A stretch of DNA of 64,000 nt, taken from positions 62 to 64,061 of the forward strand of contig JANPIZ010000004.1 in assembly GCA_031425235.1 (NCBI GenBank). The letters are read 5' to 3'. Made by a program: the position numbers and the translations under genes. Under the pieces are notes generated by a model, which saw only the letters and a program-made list of their open reading frames with translations, had not been told where the DNA came from and did no database searches. The stretch is from Candidatus Nomurabacteria bacterium. GTDB taxonomy: Bacteria; Patescibacteriota; Minisyncoccia; Phycocordibacterales; UBA9973. Below are positions 19,651 to 30,093 of this stretch, piece by piece (position 1 is the stretch's first letter; each line of letters starts with the position of its first letter).

Positions 19651-21573
19651 TTAGGCAGGTATTTCAAGTGGAGAGATAATATCCTTTTTCTTGAGTACGA
19701 TACCGTGAGCCGTCAAAATTTTCTCGTATTCCTCTTGTTCGAGTGTTTCCACTTCAATAAGCTTGTGCGCAATAGCGTCAAAAGCCTTTTTGTGTTCTCC
19801 TAATACCTTACGAGCACTTACAAGCCCATCATTTATGATCCGCGCAACCTCAGCATCTACTTTTGTGGAAATATTTTCAGAATATTCCTTTTCAGTAGTG
19901 TCGCCGTATATTGTTTTAGCACCACCACCGAGCGTTACTGGTCCGATGACGTCCGACATTCCCCACCTCGTCACCATAGAACGGGCTAGGTTGGTAGCAA
20001 CTTCGAGATCACTCGAAGGTCCAGTAGTAATATCTCCGAATATCATCTCTTCGGCAGCATATCCACCAAGCGACATAGCTATGTCGTCGATAAATTCTTT
20101 TTTAGACTGAAGACGCCTGTCTTCAAGTGGTAACTTGAGCGTATACCCTCCCGCCCTCCCGCGAGCAATAATTGAAACTTTATGTACCGGATCAGCATTG
20201 GGCAACACGGATGCAACAAGGGCATGTCCTGCTTCGTGATATGCTGTGATTTCTTTTTCCTTCTTTGAAAGCAAGTGACTTTTGCGTTCGGGTCCAAGCA
20301 TCACTTTTTCAATCGCACGAATCAGATCAAACTGAAAAACTTTTTTTCTATTTTCACGCGCAGCAAGTATCGCACCTTCGTTCATAAGCGAGTACAAGTC
20401 GGCGCCAGAAAATCCAGGTGTGCGTTCGGCAATCAATGTCAGATTTATATCTTCTGCAAGCGGCTTGCTCTGCGCGTGAATGTTTAATATCGCTTCACGA
20501 TCAGCGCGGTCAGGAAGATCAAGTATTACTTTTCTATCAAAACGCCCCGGTCGCACCAGTGCTGGATCGAGTACATCTGCCCTGTTTGTCGCAGCCATGA
20601 CTACAACTTTATCGTTTGGTTCAAATCCGTCCATTTCCACCAGAATTTGATTTAATGTTTGTTCTCTTTCGTCGTTACCTCCACCAAATCCTCCACCCCT
20701 GGTCCGACCTATCGCATCTATTTCATCAACGAAAATAATTGAGGGTGCAGACTTCTTAGCCATTTTAAATAAATCCCGAACTCGAGATGCTCCAACTCCG
20801 ACAAACATTTCAACAAATTCACTACCAGAGAGATGGAAAAATGGCACTGAGGCTTCGCCAGCTACTGCTCGCGCAAGAAGTGTTTTACCTGTACCTGGGG
20901 CACCTGTAAGTATTACTCCTTTAGGAATCCGAGCTCCAATATCAAGAAATTTCTTTGGGCTTTTTAGAAAATCCACGATCTCTTTTAATTCCTCTTTTGC
21001 TTCTTTACAGCCAGCGACATCTTTAAATGTAACTCTACTGTTTTTGTCATTTGGGTCGGTAATACGAGCTTTGGACTGACCAAAGGTCATGGCTTGCATA
21101 CCAGCGCCTTTCACTTGTCTTGAAATATACCAAAAGAAAACTACGATAAATATGATCGGCAATAAAAATGGTAAAATATTCAAAAGCCAAAATGTGAACC
21201 CTCCCGCCTCTTTTATTTGGATATCTGTTTTACTTAAAGATTCACTTGTTACTCCATAGTTAAAAAGTGTTTGCGACAGCGATGAACCTATTTCCTTCTT
21301 GGCCGTTTTGATTTCTTCGTTTGCGTAGGTGATATTGAGTTTATCTCCTTCTACTACGATTTTCTTAACATCTCCTACTTGGACACTTTTTGCTAAATCA
21401 GAAATAGAAACTTCAGGAGTTTTTTTACTATCTCCTGAAATAACTATATATAGAGCCGTGATAAGCATAAACACAAAAAGCGCACCTACAATACTGGTCG
21501 AGAGTTTTGTTTCTTTTTTACTGCCCTTACCCTTGTTTTCTGCTGTGTTTTTCTTGAGGAAATTAAAATCCAT
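19651..21573 (-). CDS. ftsH: ATP-dependent zinc metalloprotease FtsH
   Basis: N-terminal TM, AAA+ ([13 protein letters not shown]), HEAGHA zinc motif. Confidence 0.95.
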   Translation of the reverse strand: MDFNFLKKNTAENKGKGSKKETKLSTSIVGALFVFMLITALYIVISGDSKKTPEVSISDLAKSVQVGDVKKIVVEGDKLNITYANEEIKTAKKEIGSSLSQTLFNYGVTSESLSKTDIQIKEAGGFTFWLLNILPFLLPIIFIVVFFWYISRQVKGAGMQAMTFGQSKARITDPNDKNSRVTFKDVAGCKEAKEELKEIVDFLKSPKKFLDIGARIPKGVILTGAPGTGKTLLARAVAGEASVPFFHLSGSEFVEMFVGVGASRVRDLFKMAKKSAPSIIFVDEIDAIGRTRGGGFGGGNDEREQTLNQILVEMDGFEPNDKVVVMAATNRADVLDPALVRPGRFDRKVILDLPDRADREAILNIHAQSKPLAEDINLTLIAERTPGFSGADLYSLMNEGAILAARENRKKVFQFDLIRAIEKVMLGPERKSHLLSKKEKEITAYHEAGHALVASVLPNADPVHKVSIIARGRAGGYTLKLPLEDRRLQSKKEFIDDIAMSLGGYAAEEMIFGDITTGPSSDLEVATNLARSMVTRWGMSDVIGPVTLGGGAKTIYGDTTEKEYSENISTKVDAEVARIINDGLVSARKVLGEHKKAFDAIAHKLIEVETLEQEEYEKILTAHGIVLKKKDIISPLEIPA

Positions 21574-21646
21574 GCATCAATTGTAACACAAAAATATGAG
21601 AAAGTTAAATAAGAAACTATTTTAAATAATATGTTAATATTCATCT

Positions 21647-22087
21647 ATGGCAAGTTATGCAGAAAACCGAAAAGCACGCTTTAATTATGAAATTTTGGAG
21701 AAATACACTGCGGGTATTGAACTTCTGGGAACAGAAGTAAAATCAGTCCGTGGTGGACGCATGTCGCTCGATGGAGCTTTTGTCATTATCCGTGGCGGTG
21801 AGGCATATATAATCAATTCCAATATTCCACCATACCAAATAAAAAATGCGGCGAAGGATTATGACCCCCTTCGCAATAGAAAACTTTTACTCACCAAAAA
21901 AGAACTCGCCGAACTTATGTCGAGCGAAAAAACTAACTTGACGATAGTCCCGCTTTCAGTGTATAATAAAGATAGGAAAATCAAAGTCGACATAGCGTTA
22001 GTGAAAGGAAAGAAAAAACACGACAAGAGAGAAACCCTCAAAAAACGTGACGTTGATCGAGAGATCCGAAGAACTTTGAAAAATTAG
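21647..22087 (+). CDS. smpB: SsrA-binding protein SmpB
   Basis: 146 aa; ARFNYEILEKYTAGIELLGTEVKSVRGG is the conserved SmpB N-terminus. Confidence 0.9.
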   Translation: MASYAENRKARFNYEILEKYTAGIELLGTEVKSVRGGRMSLDGAFVIIRGGEAYIINSNIPPYQIKNAAKDYDPLRNRKLLLTKKELAELMSSEKTNLTIVPLSVYNKDRKIKVDIALVKGKKKHDKRETLKKRDVDREIRRTLKN

Positions 22088-22109
22088 TAATTTTAGAAAA
22101 TTATTACAT

Positions 22110-22510
22110 GGGGATGCAAGGCATAGACAGTAGGCCTTTTGTTATCGATGCATACCGAGTATTGACGTAATCTCGTAAAACTTCGTCTACATGTTAATTG
22201 CAAAATTAGCTACTAAGGTAAAGGCTTCAGTCTCTCCATACTTCGGTATGAATGACTTCGCTTTTGCTCGAGTTTCCGCTTAGCGCAAGCTCGTGTCTCA
22301 CGTATAGACTTCCGATATATATGATGAGGCAACACATTATCGGGATAGCCCCGCCCCAATTCCTGGCGGCGGGGTCGAAACAAAAGGAATCGATTAAAAA
22401 ATATTTGGCTCGCTTAAGAATTTTTTAATTTAAACCAAAAAGCGCGCTATGTATGTAGACTTCGTTACGAAAACCTCCTGCACACGGGTTCAATTCCCGT
22501 CTTCTCCACA
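22110..22510 (+). ncRNA. ssrA: tmRNA (ssrA), with an island inserted into its 3' end
   Basis: Immediately downstream of smpB. The 5' GGGGATG pairs with the 3' CTTCTCC, including the G3:U wobble typical of tRNA-Ala-like acceptors. The 3' tRNA-like T-arm is ACGGG-TTCAATT-CCCGT. An in-frame tag-like reading frame starts near GCA at 22200 and ends ...NDFAFARVSA* at TAG 22281-22283. A GC pseudoknot-like hairpin (gccccgcc..ggcggggtc) is present. Exact ends are approximate. Confidence 0.7.
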
Positions 22511-24078
22511 TATGGGGTTTCTAAGGTAGAAAACTCCTCAAATAACCTTACGGCACTTGGTATTTTGTTGGTTCGATAACCTTCTTCTACCGAATACTTA
22601 AGTTTATTCTCAAAAATAAAGTAAAAAAGATTTTGCTTCTCTTTGGTATCTAAAGTTATCCATATTTTGTATGGGCTTTTTAACAATCCATTAGCCTTAT
22701 CCAAGGCGGTTTGATAAGGAATATCAAAATCAAAATTTTCAGCAGGTATAGTAGAATCTATCAATTCAATTTCATTACTTATTCGTTCAATATGACTTTC
22801 GTAAGCCTTTTTTACATTTTCGCTTTTGGCAGAGACTAGAAGTTCCATAAATTCACCTACTTGTTTTTCTAAGTTTGCTTTCTTAAAGCTTAAATCATTG
22901 TGCTTTATTCTAATATTTTTAACTTCATCCTTCCACACCTTATCAAATACGACCTTCACAAGTTTCGAAACATCTTTTTTCAAAGTTATACTTTTTAGTA
23001 TGTTATTAAACTCATCTTCAATGACATCTTTACGAACTATTCTACCTTTATTTACACAACCTTTCTTTTGGCAGTAGTAATAGGGATGCCTTCGATTTCT
23101 TCCTTTACACCAAGCCGCAGTTAAGTGACTTTCACAATCAGCACATACCAACAAGCCTCTCAAGGGAAAATCGTCTGAGGTATCTTTTCTAATTCTTTTA
23201 CCAAAATCACCTCTATCTAACCTTTTTTGTATTAACTCAAAGGTTTCTAAAGAAATGATTGGCTTGTGCTTTCCTAAACGTCGAGATACTTCCCACATAG
23301 GATATTCAATGAACCCAGCATAGAAAGGGTCTCTTAGGATAGCATTCTCAAGCTTATCTATATATTTTTCAGGAGATTGTTTTTTCCACAACCCTTTTTC
23401 AACAAGAAATTTACAAACATCAATTTTTCTAACAAAAGTTCCATTAGCAAATCCTTCTAATGCTTCTTTAAGAATCTTCGCCTCACTTTCAACTTGAATA
23501 GATATCGTTCCGTGTTCTGAACTTTTTGTCATAAGATAACCTTTTTTACTACCGAAAGACCAGTAGCCTAGTTCAAGCCGGGCTTTTTGTTTTTGGATTA
23601 CTTGTCTGCGATTCTGATGTCTTTCAAGTTCTGATTGACCCGCCATAATGATTTCAGCAAAACGACCTTCAGGGGTATCGTCAAATGTATAGTTTAAACA
23701 TTTTAAAGCTACGTTTCTATATGAAAAAGCAGTTTTTAATTTGAAATGAAATTCAATATCTCTTGCAAAACGCTTCAAGTCGTCAAATACAACTACAAAT
23801 TTTTTGTGAGGATTATTGTCTATATATTCTAATAATGCTCTCATCGCTGGCCTTTTCATAAAATCTCCACCACCGGTATAACTGTCAGGAAATGTTTTTA
23901 TATAAGGCACTTTTAAAGAACTTAATTCTTGAATACACCTTCCTTCTTGGCTTTTTAAACCGGAACCCTCTGTTTCCTGTTTTTTACTCGATACCCTAAC
24001 ATATACTATACCAACCCTATCTTCATATGGGTTAAGGGAGAGATTTTTTCTATCTGATATTTTTCTTGCTTTGCTCAT
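22465..24078 (-). CDS. Large serine recombinase (integrase of the ssrA island)
   Basis: 537 aa; N-terminal resolvase domain (YVRVSSKKQ, DDLKRFAR), recombinase domain and C-terminal zinc ribbon (CADCESHL...YYCQKKGC). C-terminal codons are encoded by the tmRNA 3' end antisense. Confidence 0.85.
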   Translation of the reverse strand: MSKARKISDRKNLSLNPYEDRVGIVYVRVSSKKQETEGSGLKSQEGRCIQELSSLKVPYIKTFPDSYTGGGDFMKRPAMRALLEYIDNNPHKKFVVVFDDLKRFARDIEFHFKLKTAFSYRNVALKCLNYTFDDTPEGRFAEIIMAGQSELERHQNRRQVIQKQKARLELGYWSFGSKKGYLMTKSSEHGTISIQVESEAKILKEALEGFANGTFVRKIDVCKFLVEKGLWKKQSPEKYIDKLENAILRDPFYAGFIEYPMWEVSRRLGKHKPIISLETFELIQKRLDRGDFGKRIRKDTSDDFPLRGLLVCADCESHLTAAWCKGRNRRHPYYYCQKKGCVNKGRIVRKDVIEDEFNNILKSITLKKDVSKLVKVVFDKVWKDEVKNIRIKHNDLSFKKANLEKQVGEFMELLVSAKSENVKKAYESHIERISNEIELIDSTIPAENFDFDIPYQTALDKANGLLKSPYKIWITLDTKEKQNLFYFIFENKLKYSVEEGYRTNKIPSAVRLFEEFSTLETPYVEKTGIEPVCRRFS

Positions 24079-24310
24079 TTATTTTGGTTCGCACAAACTT
24101 TTCTACATCCTGTCTAACAATATTTCTACAGAATGCTTCTAAGTAAGTTACCTTCTTTCGCACTTCTTCGTCAGAGCTTTTATTATCGTTTAATATCTTC
24201 CTATATTCGCTTATAGATATTATGTCGTGGTTCCGTGAGTTTGTAAGCGCTGAAGATGTTGGTTTCTCAGTAATTGGAGCAATATTGGTTATGTCTTGGC
24301 TGATAGTCAT
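24050..24310 (-). CDS. Hypothetical small protein (island cargo)
   Basis: 86-aa ORF overlapping the recombinase start. Confidence 0.3.
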   Translation of the reverse strand: MTISQDITNIAPITEKPTSSALTNSRNHDIISISEYRKILNDNKSSDEEVRKKVTYLEAFCRNIVRQDVEKFVRTKINEQSKKNIR

Positions 24311-24962
24311 TTTTTAGTAAAAAACTCCACAATGGACGACGTGGTCTCGTTTTGGGTGCTTTTAAGACTTGTCTGCATTGTCTTGAGCAGGCGTTTTTAT
24401 TAACCCTTCACTCTCCAAAATATCATTAAGTAATTGTTCGACTGCTTCCTCTATGTCTTCTTTTTTGTTTCTCATCTAACTATTCTAATGAAAACTGTTC
24501 TTTCGTGATGGGTGGATAACTACAAAAAACATTTATAGGAAAGGAATACAATAAATTGTCAAAAAACACATCAGCGTTAACAACTGTGTCGATTCTTGCT
24601 ATTATGTAAATGTAAAACTTAATAGAAGACCTAACCCCTAAATTTTAGGATATGGTCTAAAAACCGGCTAAGGAGCAAAGAACCCATCGTATGGGGGCTA
24701 CCTTAGCCGGTCATATGTCGAAAGATATATGGATAGCGAAAGCTGTCACCCCTGCGGTGGGCTTTTTGCTGTCTAATTATTTAAAATAATATGCTTTCAT
24801 TTATTTTAGCTTTGTGGGTAATTTTAATTGGTCTAACGTCCTTACTTTTTGGAAAGGGAGTTGCTTTAACAGTAGTAATTATTGGAGTAGTTATTACTGC
24901 TTTAAAAATATTTAATTCAAAAATGAGTTCAGAGGAGTAGCTCAATATGTTTAGTGTAAGAA

Positions 24963-26063
24963 TTATAGATTATATTCTTTTACTAAATCTTTTAACTTGG
25001 TCTTGTGTATGGTTTTAAGTTCAGTATCATTTTCTACTAACTCAATATACTCATTAAAAAATATTTTAGGGGTTGCAATTAAACGAAGGTAATACTTTAA
25101 AGTATGTAAAAGGCCATTAACAATCAACTGGCAACCGTGCTTTTCTTTTATCTCAAAAATTAGTTCGTCAATCTTTTGATGGTCTTTTTCTAAAGTTCCT
25201 ATATAAGAAAGTATGTAATATCGTTCTGGGTTAAACCGAGCAATTTTCTCATAAGCAATTCTGGCAATATTTATATCAACCAATTTATCTAACTTAACCT
25301 CCACAACTTCAAATACTTGCTTTCCTTTCATTACTTGTATGTCACCGGCACTTTTCGAGGTCCTGTCCGAAGCTGTATGACTTCCAAGTGGAGCAAGTTT
25401 ACAATTCTTATATCTACCTATCTCTGAAATTAATGATTTATATATTGAATAAAAGGCTAAGACAGGAAGTTTGGAACCACCAGAGGTGCTATATTTTTCA
25501 GTGAAATGCTTTTCCATCAATTCAACAATGGTTGAAATCATTAGTTCATCAGAGTTAGATAATTTCTTTATTTCTATATGATTATTTTTCTTAAATAGAA
25601 TTGCACTATTGAGCATAAGTCGTAATAGATTTTCAGTAATGTTTTTATTTGCCTGAAAAGCGTCTACAACCATTAAAAAAGCTTCCTTCATACCCTTACC
25701 AGAAATTTCTCCCTTGTAGTCTTTTGTATAAGGATAAGGTTGTTCTAAACTCCTTGTTAGCCAACCACTTTCAGCCATAGAAAGTAGCCCTAATTCTTTT
25801 AGGGTTGGAGTAATATATTTAGTATCGATTGTTCTGGCAGAAAAACCATTTTCCATTTTATCTTGAAAATATCGTATATCTTGTTTTGGTTCTAAGAGTT
25901 TGTGAACCATTAGAGTTATTAGAACTGTATAGACACCTTTGTTTCTATCAATATTATTTGTAATATTTTTTAGAAAATCTATGGTTTTATTAGATACATT
26001 ATCAATATCTGAAACATCAAATGATTTTTTATATATTTCTAATAGTTTCTCTTTGTGATTCAT
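24963..26063 (-). CDS. Putative type II restriction endonuclease (partner of the adjacent m5C methyltransferase)
   Basis: 366-aa ORF 5 bp upstream of the methyltransferase on the same strand. Call is from context only; no motif recognised. Confidence 0.4.
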   Translation of the reverse strand: MNHKEKLLEIYKKSFDVSDIDNVSNKTIDFLKNITNNIDRNKGVYTVLITLMVHKLLEPKQDIRYFQDKMENGFSARTIDTKYITPTLKELGLLSMAESGWLTRSLEQPYPYTKDYKGEISGKGMKEAFLMVVDAFQANKNITENLLRLMLNSAILFKKNNHIEIKKLSNSDELMISTIVELMEKHFTEKYSTSGGSKLPVLAFYSIYKSLISEIGRYKNCKLAPLGSHTASDRTSKSAGDIQVMKGKQVFEVVEVKLDKLVDINIARIAYEKIARFNPERYYILSYIGTLEKDHQKIDELIFEIKEKHGCQLIVNGLLHTLKYYLRLIATPKIFFNEYIELVENDTELKTIHKTKLKDLVKEYNL

Positions 26064-26068
26064 AAAAA

Positions 26069-27148
26069 TTAAAGTAATTGAGCCAATATCTGTTTTCCAA
26101 CTTCTCTTATCATAGGAACAGCGACAGCATTTCCTACTTGGTTATAACAAGAACCCACTTTACTAATTTTTCGAAAGTGGTCAGGGAAACCTTGTAACCT
26201 AAAGCATTCATTCAGTGTTAATTTCCTCACCTTTTTCCCATCATAAATCCAGAATCGTCCAGATGTTTCTTGTGAAGGTAAAGTTGGATGTGTCCCATCA
26301 ATGAAGTATATCCTATTAGGCTGTTTGTGAACTCGAGATAAATGTTCAGTGTTGGGACGAGTGCCATTTATTCTTATTGATTTATTTCTATACCCACAAA
26401 AAATTAGGCCAGACTCTTGCTGTTTCCACTTATCTTTAGACAAGATTGTATATTCTTTTGGCTTAAGATATTCAAACTCTGCTTCTTTTTCAAGAATATC
26501 TTTAATGGTCTTAGATTTTACCTTGGTGAGTTTTGAAAAGTTAAAGCGACTAACTTTATGACCGATAATTATCAATCTTTCCCTGTTTTGGGCTAAGCCA
26601 AAATCTTTTGCATTAAGAATATGCCACTCAGTTTGGTAACCCAACTCTTCAAGATGTTTAATGAGTGTCTTTAGTGTCTTCTTTCCGTCGTGGTCTTTTA
26701 AATGTTTTACATTTTCTAAAAAAACGACTTTGGGTTGTTTTTCTTTTATGATTTCTAAGATATTAAAAAATAATGTTCCTCTTGTATCTTCAAAACCCTT
26801 CATCTTTCCAGAGATACTAAAGGGCTGACAAGGAAATCCACCACATAAAATATCGTGGTCTGGTATTGTTTTTGGGTCAATTTTTGTAATGTCGCCGCTT
26901 GGATATTCACCAAAGTTAGCTGCATATGTCTTTGCACATTCTTCATCTATTTCTGAAGAAAAAACACATCTACCATCAAGTTCTTCAAGGGCAAAACGAA
27001 ACCCACCTATGCCGGCGAATAAATCTATAAAGGTAAACTTTCCTTTATTGTGTCCCCTTGGTTCTAAAAACAACCCTCCAAGGGTGCTTTTTTGTCTAAC
27101 TTTATTAGTAGATTGTTTTGCTGCTTTTACATAGTCTGTCGTCGGCAT
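26069..27148 (-). CDS. DNA (cytosine-5)-methyltransferase
   Basis: Motif I FIDLFAGIGGF, motif IV GGFPCQPFS, motif VI ENV, motif VIII QNRER. Confidence 0.9.
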   Translation of the reverse strand: MPTTDYVKAAKQSTNKVRQKSTLGGLFLEPRGHNKGKFTFIDLFAGIGGFRFALEELDGRCVFSSEIDEECAKTYAANFGEYPSGDITKIDPKTIPDHDILCGGFPCQPFSISGKMKGFEDTRGTLFFNILEIIKEKQPKVVFLENVKHLKDHDGKKTLKTLIKHLEELGYQTEWHILNAKDFGLAQNRERLIIIGHKVSRFNFSKLTKVKSKTIKDILEKEAEFEYLKPKEYTILSKDKWKQQESGLIFCGYRNKSIRINGTRPNTEHLSRVHKQPNRIYFIDGTHPTLPSQETSGRFWIYDGKKVRKLTLNECFRLQGFPDHFRKISKVGSCYNQVGNAVAVPMIREVGKQILAQLL

Positions 27149-27408
27149 AAGTTTATTATACTTTAGAATGATGTATATTGTAAACGAACGTTCGAACGAG
27201 CTTTATTTATAGAAGTTACTTTCAGTTCCAAAAGTGCGTAAAAACTAACCCAATTTGTAGATTTATTGAGTGATTTCTCATAACGCAGGCAAGTCAAAAA
27301 TGTCCTTATTTTCCAATAAAGATTTTGCCCCCTATAATGCCGGAAAAGCATTCGCAGATTTATATATATGTGTCGTAATGTATAAAATAACGAGTGTTTA
27401 AAAAAAAG

Positions 27409-27765
27409 TTAGATTTTATTCAATAGGCTTGTGCTCGATATTTTCCAACCCATAGCTTCTTTGCTAACAATATAAAGGTAAGCTAATTCATCTATTTTAG
27501 TATTTCCTTTTTTAAAATCTTTATTGAGAAAAGATAGTGGCATTAACAGTTCTGATGCAAACTGATTTGCCTCAGTTTCATTAGGAGATTTGGCATTGTA
27601 TAAATCAACCCTAGACTCACTACAAGAAGTATTAAATAATAAATGACCTATTTCGTGAGCAATAGAAAACCTTTTACGGTGCCAGCTGTGATTTTCGTTG
27701 TAATGAATTTCATCTCTGCGTTTTGTTTTTGTTTCGTCTTCCACTGTTACCAATATTCCAGACAA
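27409..27765 (-). CDS. ImmA/IrrE-family metallopeptidase
   Basis: HEIGHLLF HExxH motif in the characteristic ~120-aa ImmA context; paired with the adjacent XRE repressor. Confidence 0.7.
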   Translation of the reverse strand: MSGILVTVEDETKTKRRDEIHYNENHSWHRKRFSIAHEIGHLLFNTSCSESRVDLYNAKSPNETEANQFASELLMPLSFLNKDFKKGNTKIDELAYLYIVSKEAMGWKISSTSLLNKI

Positions 27766-27921
27766 TGCATCACTAAAATTAGCTGTAGGGTATAAACACC
27801 AAGGTTGTGTGTTGATTGTAGATGAGTAATTACTACCCTAAGAGAAACAGGTGCTTCTTTTATTTTGGATTTCTTTATTAAGTCTCGAGCAAGATTTCTC
27901 GATGCTCCGATTCTTGCTTTT

Positions 27922-28272
27922 TCATTTTGTTCCTCCATCTTCCTTAGTTCGATTCTTAGCCATTTCTATAATATGTAAAATTGCGTCTTTGTCTTTTTCT
28001 CCCAAACCAGCTTCTGCTCGTAAAGCCACTCGAACATTTAATTGTTCTTCTGGTTGACCTATGAAATAACGAATATCTCTATCAAGTATCTGGGCAATTT
28101 TCTCCAAGTCCACTATAGTTACCTTTCGTTCGCCGGCTTCTATGTATGAAACTGTAGTAGAGGATTCATACCCTAATTTTTCAGCCAGTTCTCGCTGAGA
28201 AATACCAGCCAATTCTCTGGCTGTTCTTATGTTTTTCCCAATAAAGACATACTTATTTTCTTCTTTTGTCAT
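27922..28272 (-). CDS. XRE-family HTH transcriptional regulator (ImmR-like)
   Basis: IGKNIRTARELAGISQRELAEKLGYESSTTVSYIEAGERKVTIVDLEKIAQIL. Confidence 0.8.
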   Translation of the reverse strand: MTKEENKYVFIGKNIRTARELAGISQRELAEKLGYESSTTVSYIEAGERKVTIVDLEKIAQILDRDIRYFIGQPEEQLNVRVALRAEAGLGEKDKDAILHIIEMAKNRTKEDGGTK

Positions 28273-28404
28273 ATTGTCATTATATACTTCCCAAAATGTG
28301 TTGACAAGGGTATTATCATTTTGGTAAACTTGGTTTAACAGAGTGGTAAGGGTCTGGTCGGTGACTCTGAAGCGCAGCTACTTTGATTAATAAATTAGGT
28401 TAGG

Positions 28405-28593
28405 TTGGTTAAATTTATGAGTAAAATAGAAGTTTATACAGACCGTGCGGGACAACATCGTTGGAGACTTAAAGCCAGTAACGGCGAAATTGTGGCTACC
28501 AGTGAAGGGTATACTACAAGGTCGTCTGCAAAACAGTCAGCTCAAAGCGTAAAACGTTGGGCTAGCTCAGCAGACATCGTCGAGATTAACTAG
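28405..28593 (+). CDS. DUF1508 (YegP/UPF0339) family protein
   Basis: KIEVYTDRAGQHRWRLKASNGEIVATSEGYTTRSSAKQSAQSVK matches the YegP repeat consensus. Confidence 0.7.
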   Translation: MVKFMSKIEVYTDRAGQHRWRLKASNGEIVATSEGYTTRSSAKQSAQSVKRWASSADIVEIN

Positions 28594-28886
28594 TTGGTAG
28601 TATAACAAATATTGCAATATTGGGGAATACCTAAGCCAATCACTTGGGTATTTCTTTTTCAAAACATCATAATTACTTTTTATAATTCAATACCCTAAGT
28701 GTGGTATGCTTACTTGAGGTAAATTAAACGTTTGTAAGAGCTTTTTGAAGCTTCTCGTTGTTTTTATAAAATATCCAAAACTGATTAAGGTAGTCTTTTA
28801 AGCGATTTAATAAATTACCCCCTGAGTCCACTCGAGTGCTTTTGTGTGAAAATTATTATTTATATTATTTGTAAGAAAAAAAATAT

Positions 28887-29471
28887 ATGCCATTAGAAAA
28901 GTTGTATCAAAAGAATGGAAGCAATAGTTTACACTCTGTAGAAACAAAGCAGGCCTTTATTGATTATTTAATAAATAATCATAACATAGATTTTGAATTG
29001 CCAAATTATAAAATTCCAACACTAGAAGAACTAGATTTTAGCTTAGTAAACAATGACGCAACTATCCGTATGTTTACAGACAATTTAATTACTTTTCTCA
29101 AAGCACCAAAAATTAACTATATGAATGTTAAAAATCATGAAGAACGTAGAGATTTAAGAGATAAGCTCTCTCAAATAAATCCTGAATATAGCAGCCAAGT
29201 GCTGACCAACGATAAAATGAAACTTAATAAATTTTCTGCATTTCCTATGTTTATAAAAATGATTCTAGAAAAGAATGCTCTCTCGAACAATATTAAAATG
29301 AAGACTATTTTAGAAAAATTCCCAAGTCTAGAAGACATGATTCAGTACTCACAAAAAAATAACACAGAAAAGAAATTCATTATTGCAGAAATTGAAAACT
29401 CTGGGCTAGAATTTATTGATTTGTTTCGCAAAAAAGAAAAAACTACAGCTGCCATGTCTAATAATAACTAA
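28887..29471 (+). CDS. Hypothetical protein (possibly island cargo)
   Basis: 194-aa ORF, Asn/Lys-rich, no family recognised. Confidence 0.35.
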   Translation: MPLEKLYQKNGSNSLHSVETKQAFIDYLINNHNIDFELPNYKIPTLEELDFSLVNNDATIRMFTDNLITFLKAPKINYMNVKNHEERRDLRDKLSQINPEYSSQVLTNDKMKLNKFSAFPMFIKMILEKNALSNNIKMKTILEKFPSLEDMIQYSQKNNTEKKFIIAEIENSGLEFIDLFRKKEKTTAAMSNNN

Positions 29472-29553
29472 CAAAAACTCTCTGCCTATATGTATATTGA
29501 CTTCCAACTCTAAATAAGCTATATTTTAGTAGTTACATACATACATATATCCT

Positions 29554-30081
29554 TTGCGTGAAAGAATAAACAACCAAATACGAGCCTCAGAACTGCGGGT
29601 TTTAGACAGCGAAAATAAAAACATTGGTGTTTTAAGCATAAGAGACGCACTCGAAATGGCGCAAGAGAAAGGCTTGGATTTGATTGAAATCGGCCCTACC
29701 TCAAATCCCCCAATCGCGAAGATAATGGATTTTGGTAAATATAAGTATGAGGCAAGTAAAAAATTAAAGAAACAAAGAAGTACAGCGAAAACAACCGAAA
29801 CCAAGCTTGTTCAAATAAAAATAGGTACTGGTGACCATGATCTTGAGCTCAAAGCCAAAACTGTTTCAAAATGGCTCAAAGAGGGGCATAGAATCAAGAT
29901 AGAACTTTTCTTGGCTGGGCGCGCAAAGTATATGGACGAGAAATTCTTAAAAGAACGCCTCGACCGAATATTACATCTCATTACTGAAGATTATAAAATC
30001 GCCGAAGCGTACAAAAAAGGTCCAAAAGGATTAACCACCACAATAGAAAAAGCCACCGCCAGGACGGGGCAAGCAAAATAA
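29554..30081 (+). CDS. infC: Translation initiation factor IF-3 (TTG start)
   Basis: INNQIRASELRVLDSENKNIGVLSIRDALEMAQEKGLDLIEIGPTSNPPIAKIMDFGKYKYE is the IF3 N-terminal domain; followed by rpmI and rplT. Confidence 0.9.
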   Translation: MRERINNQIRASELRVLDSENKNIGVLSIRDALEMAQEKGLDLIEIGPTSNPPIAKIMDFGKYKYEASKKLKKQRSTAKTTETKLVQIKIGTGDHDLELKAKTVSKWLKEGHRIKIELFLAGRAKYMDEKFLKERLDRILHLITEDYKIAEAYKKGPKGLTTTIEKATARTGQAK

Positions 30082-30093
30082 TAAAACAATTTT

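Larger units (their letters stand above)
22465..28600. mobile_element. Integrated island at the ssrA 3' end: serine recombinase, type II restriction-modification system, ImmA/XRE pair, DUF1508 protein. The right boundary is not defined.
   Basis: The recombinase gene's 3' end overlaps the tmRNA 3' terminus (classic ssrA-targeting integration). The cargo is accessory genes. Housekeeping infC-rpmI-rplT resumes at 29554. Confidence 0.6.

Noticed and set aside
28670-28700. Possible partial repeat of the tmRNA 3' end (ttcaataccc vs ttcaattccc) as the right att site of the ssrA island
   Set aside because: Match is too short and imperfect. Serine recombinases need only a 2-bp core, so the right boundary cannot be set from sequence alone.
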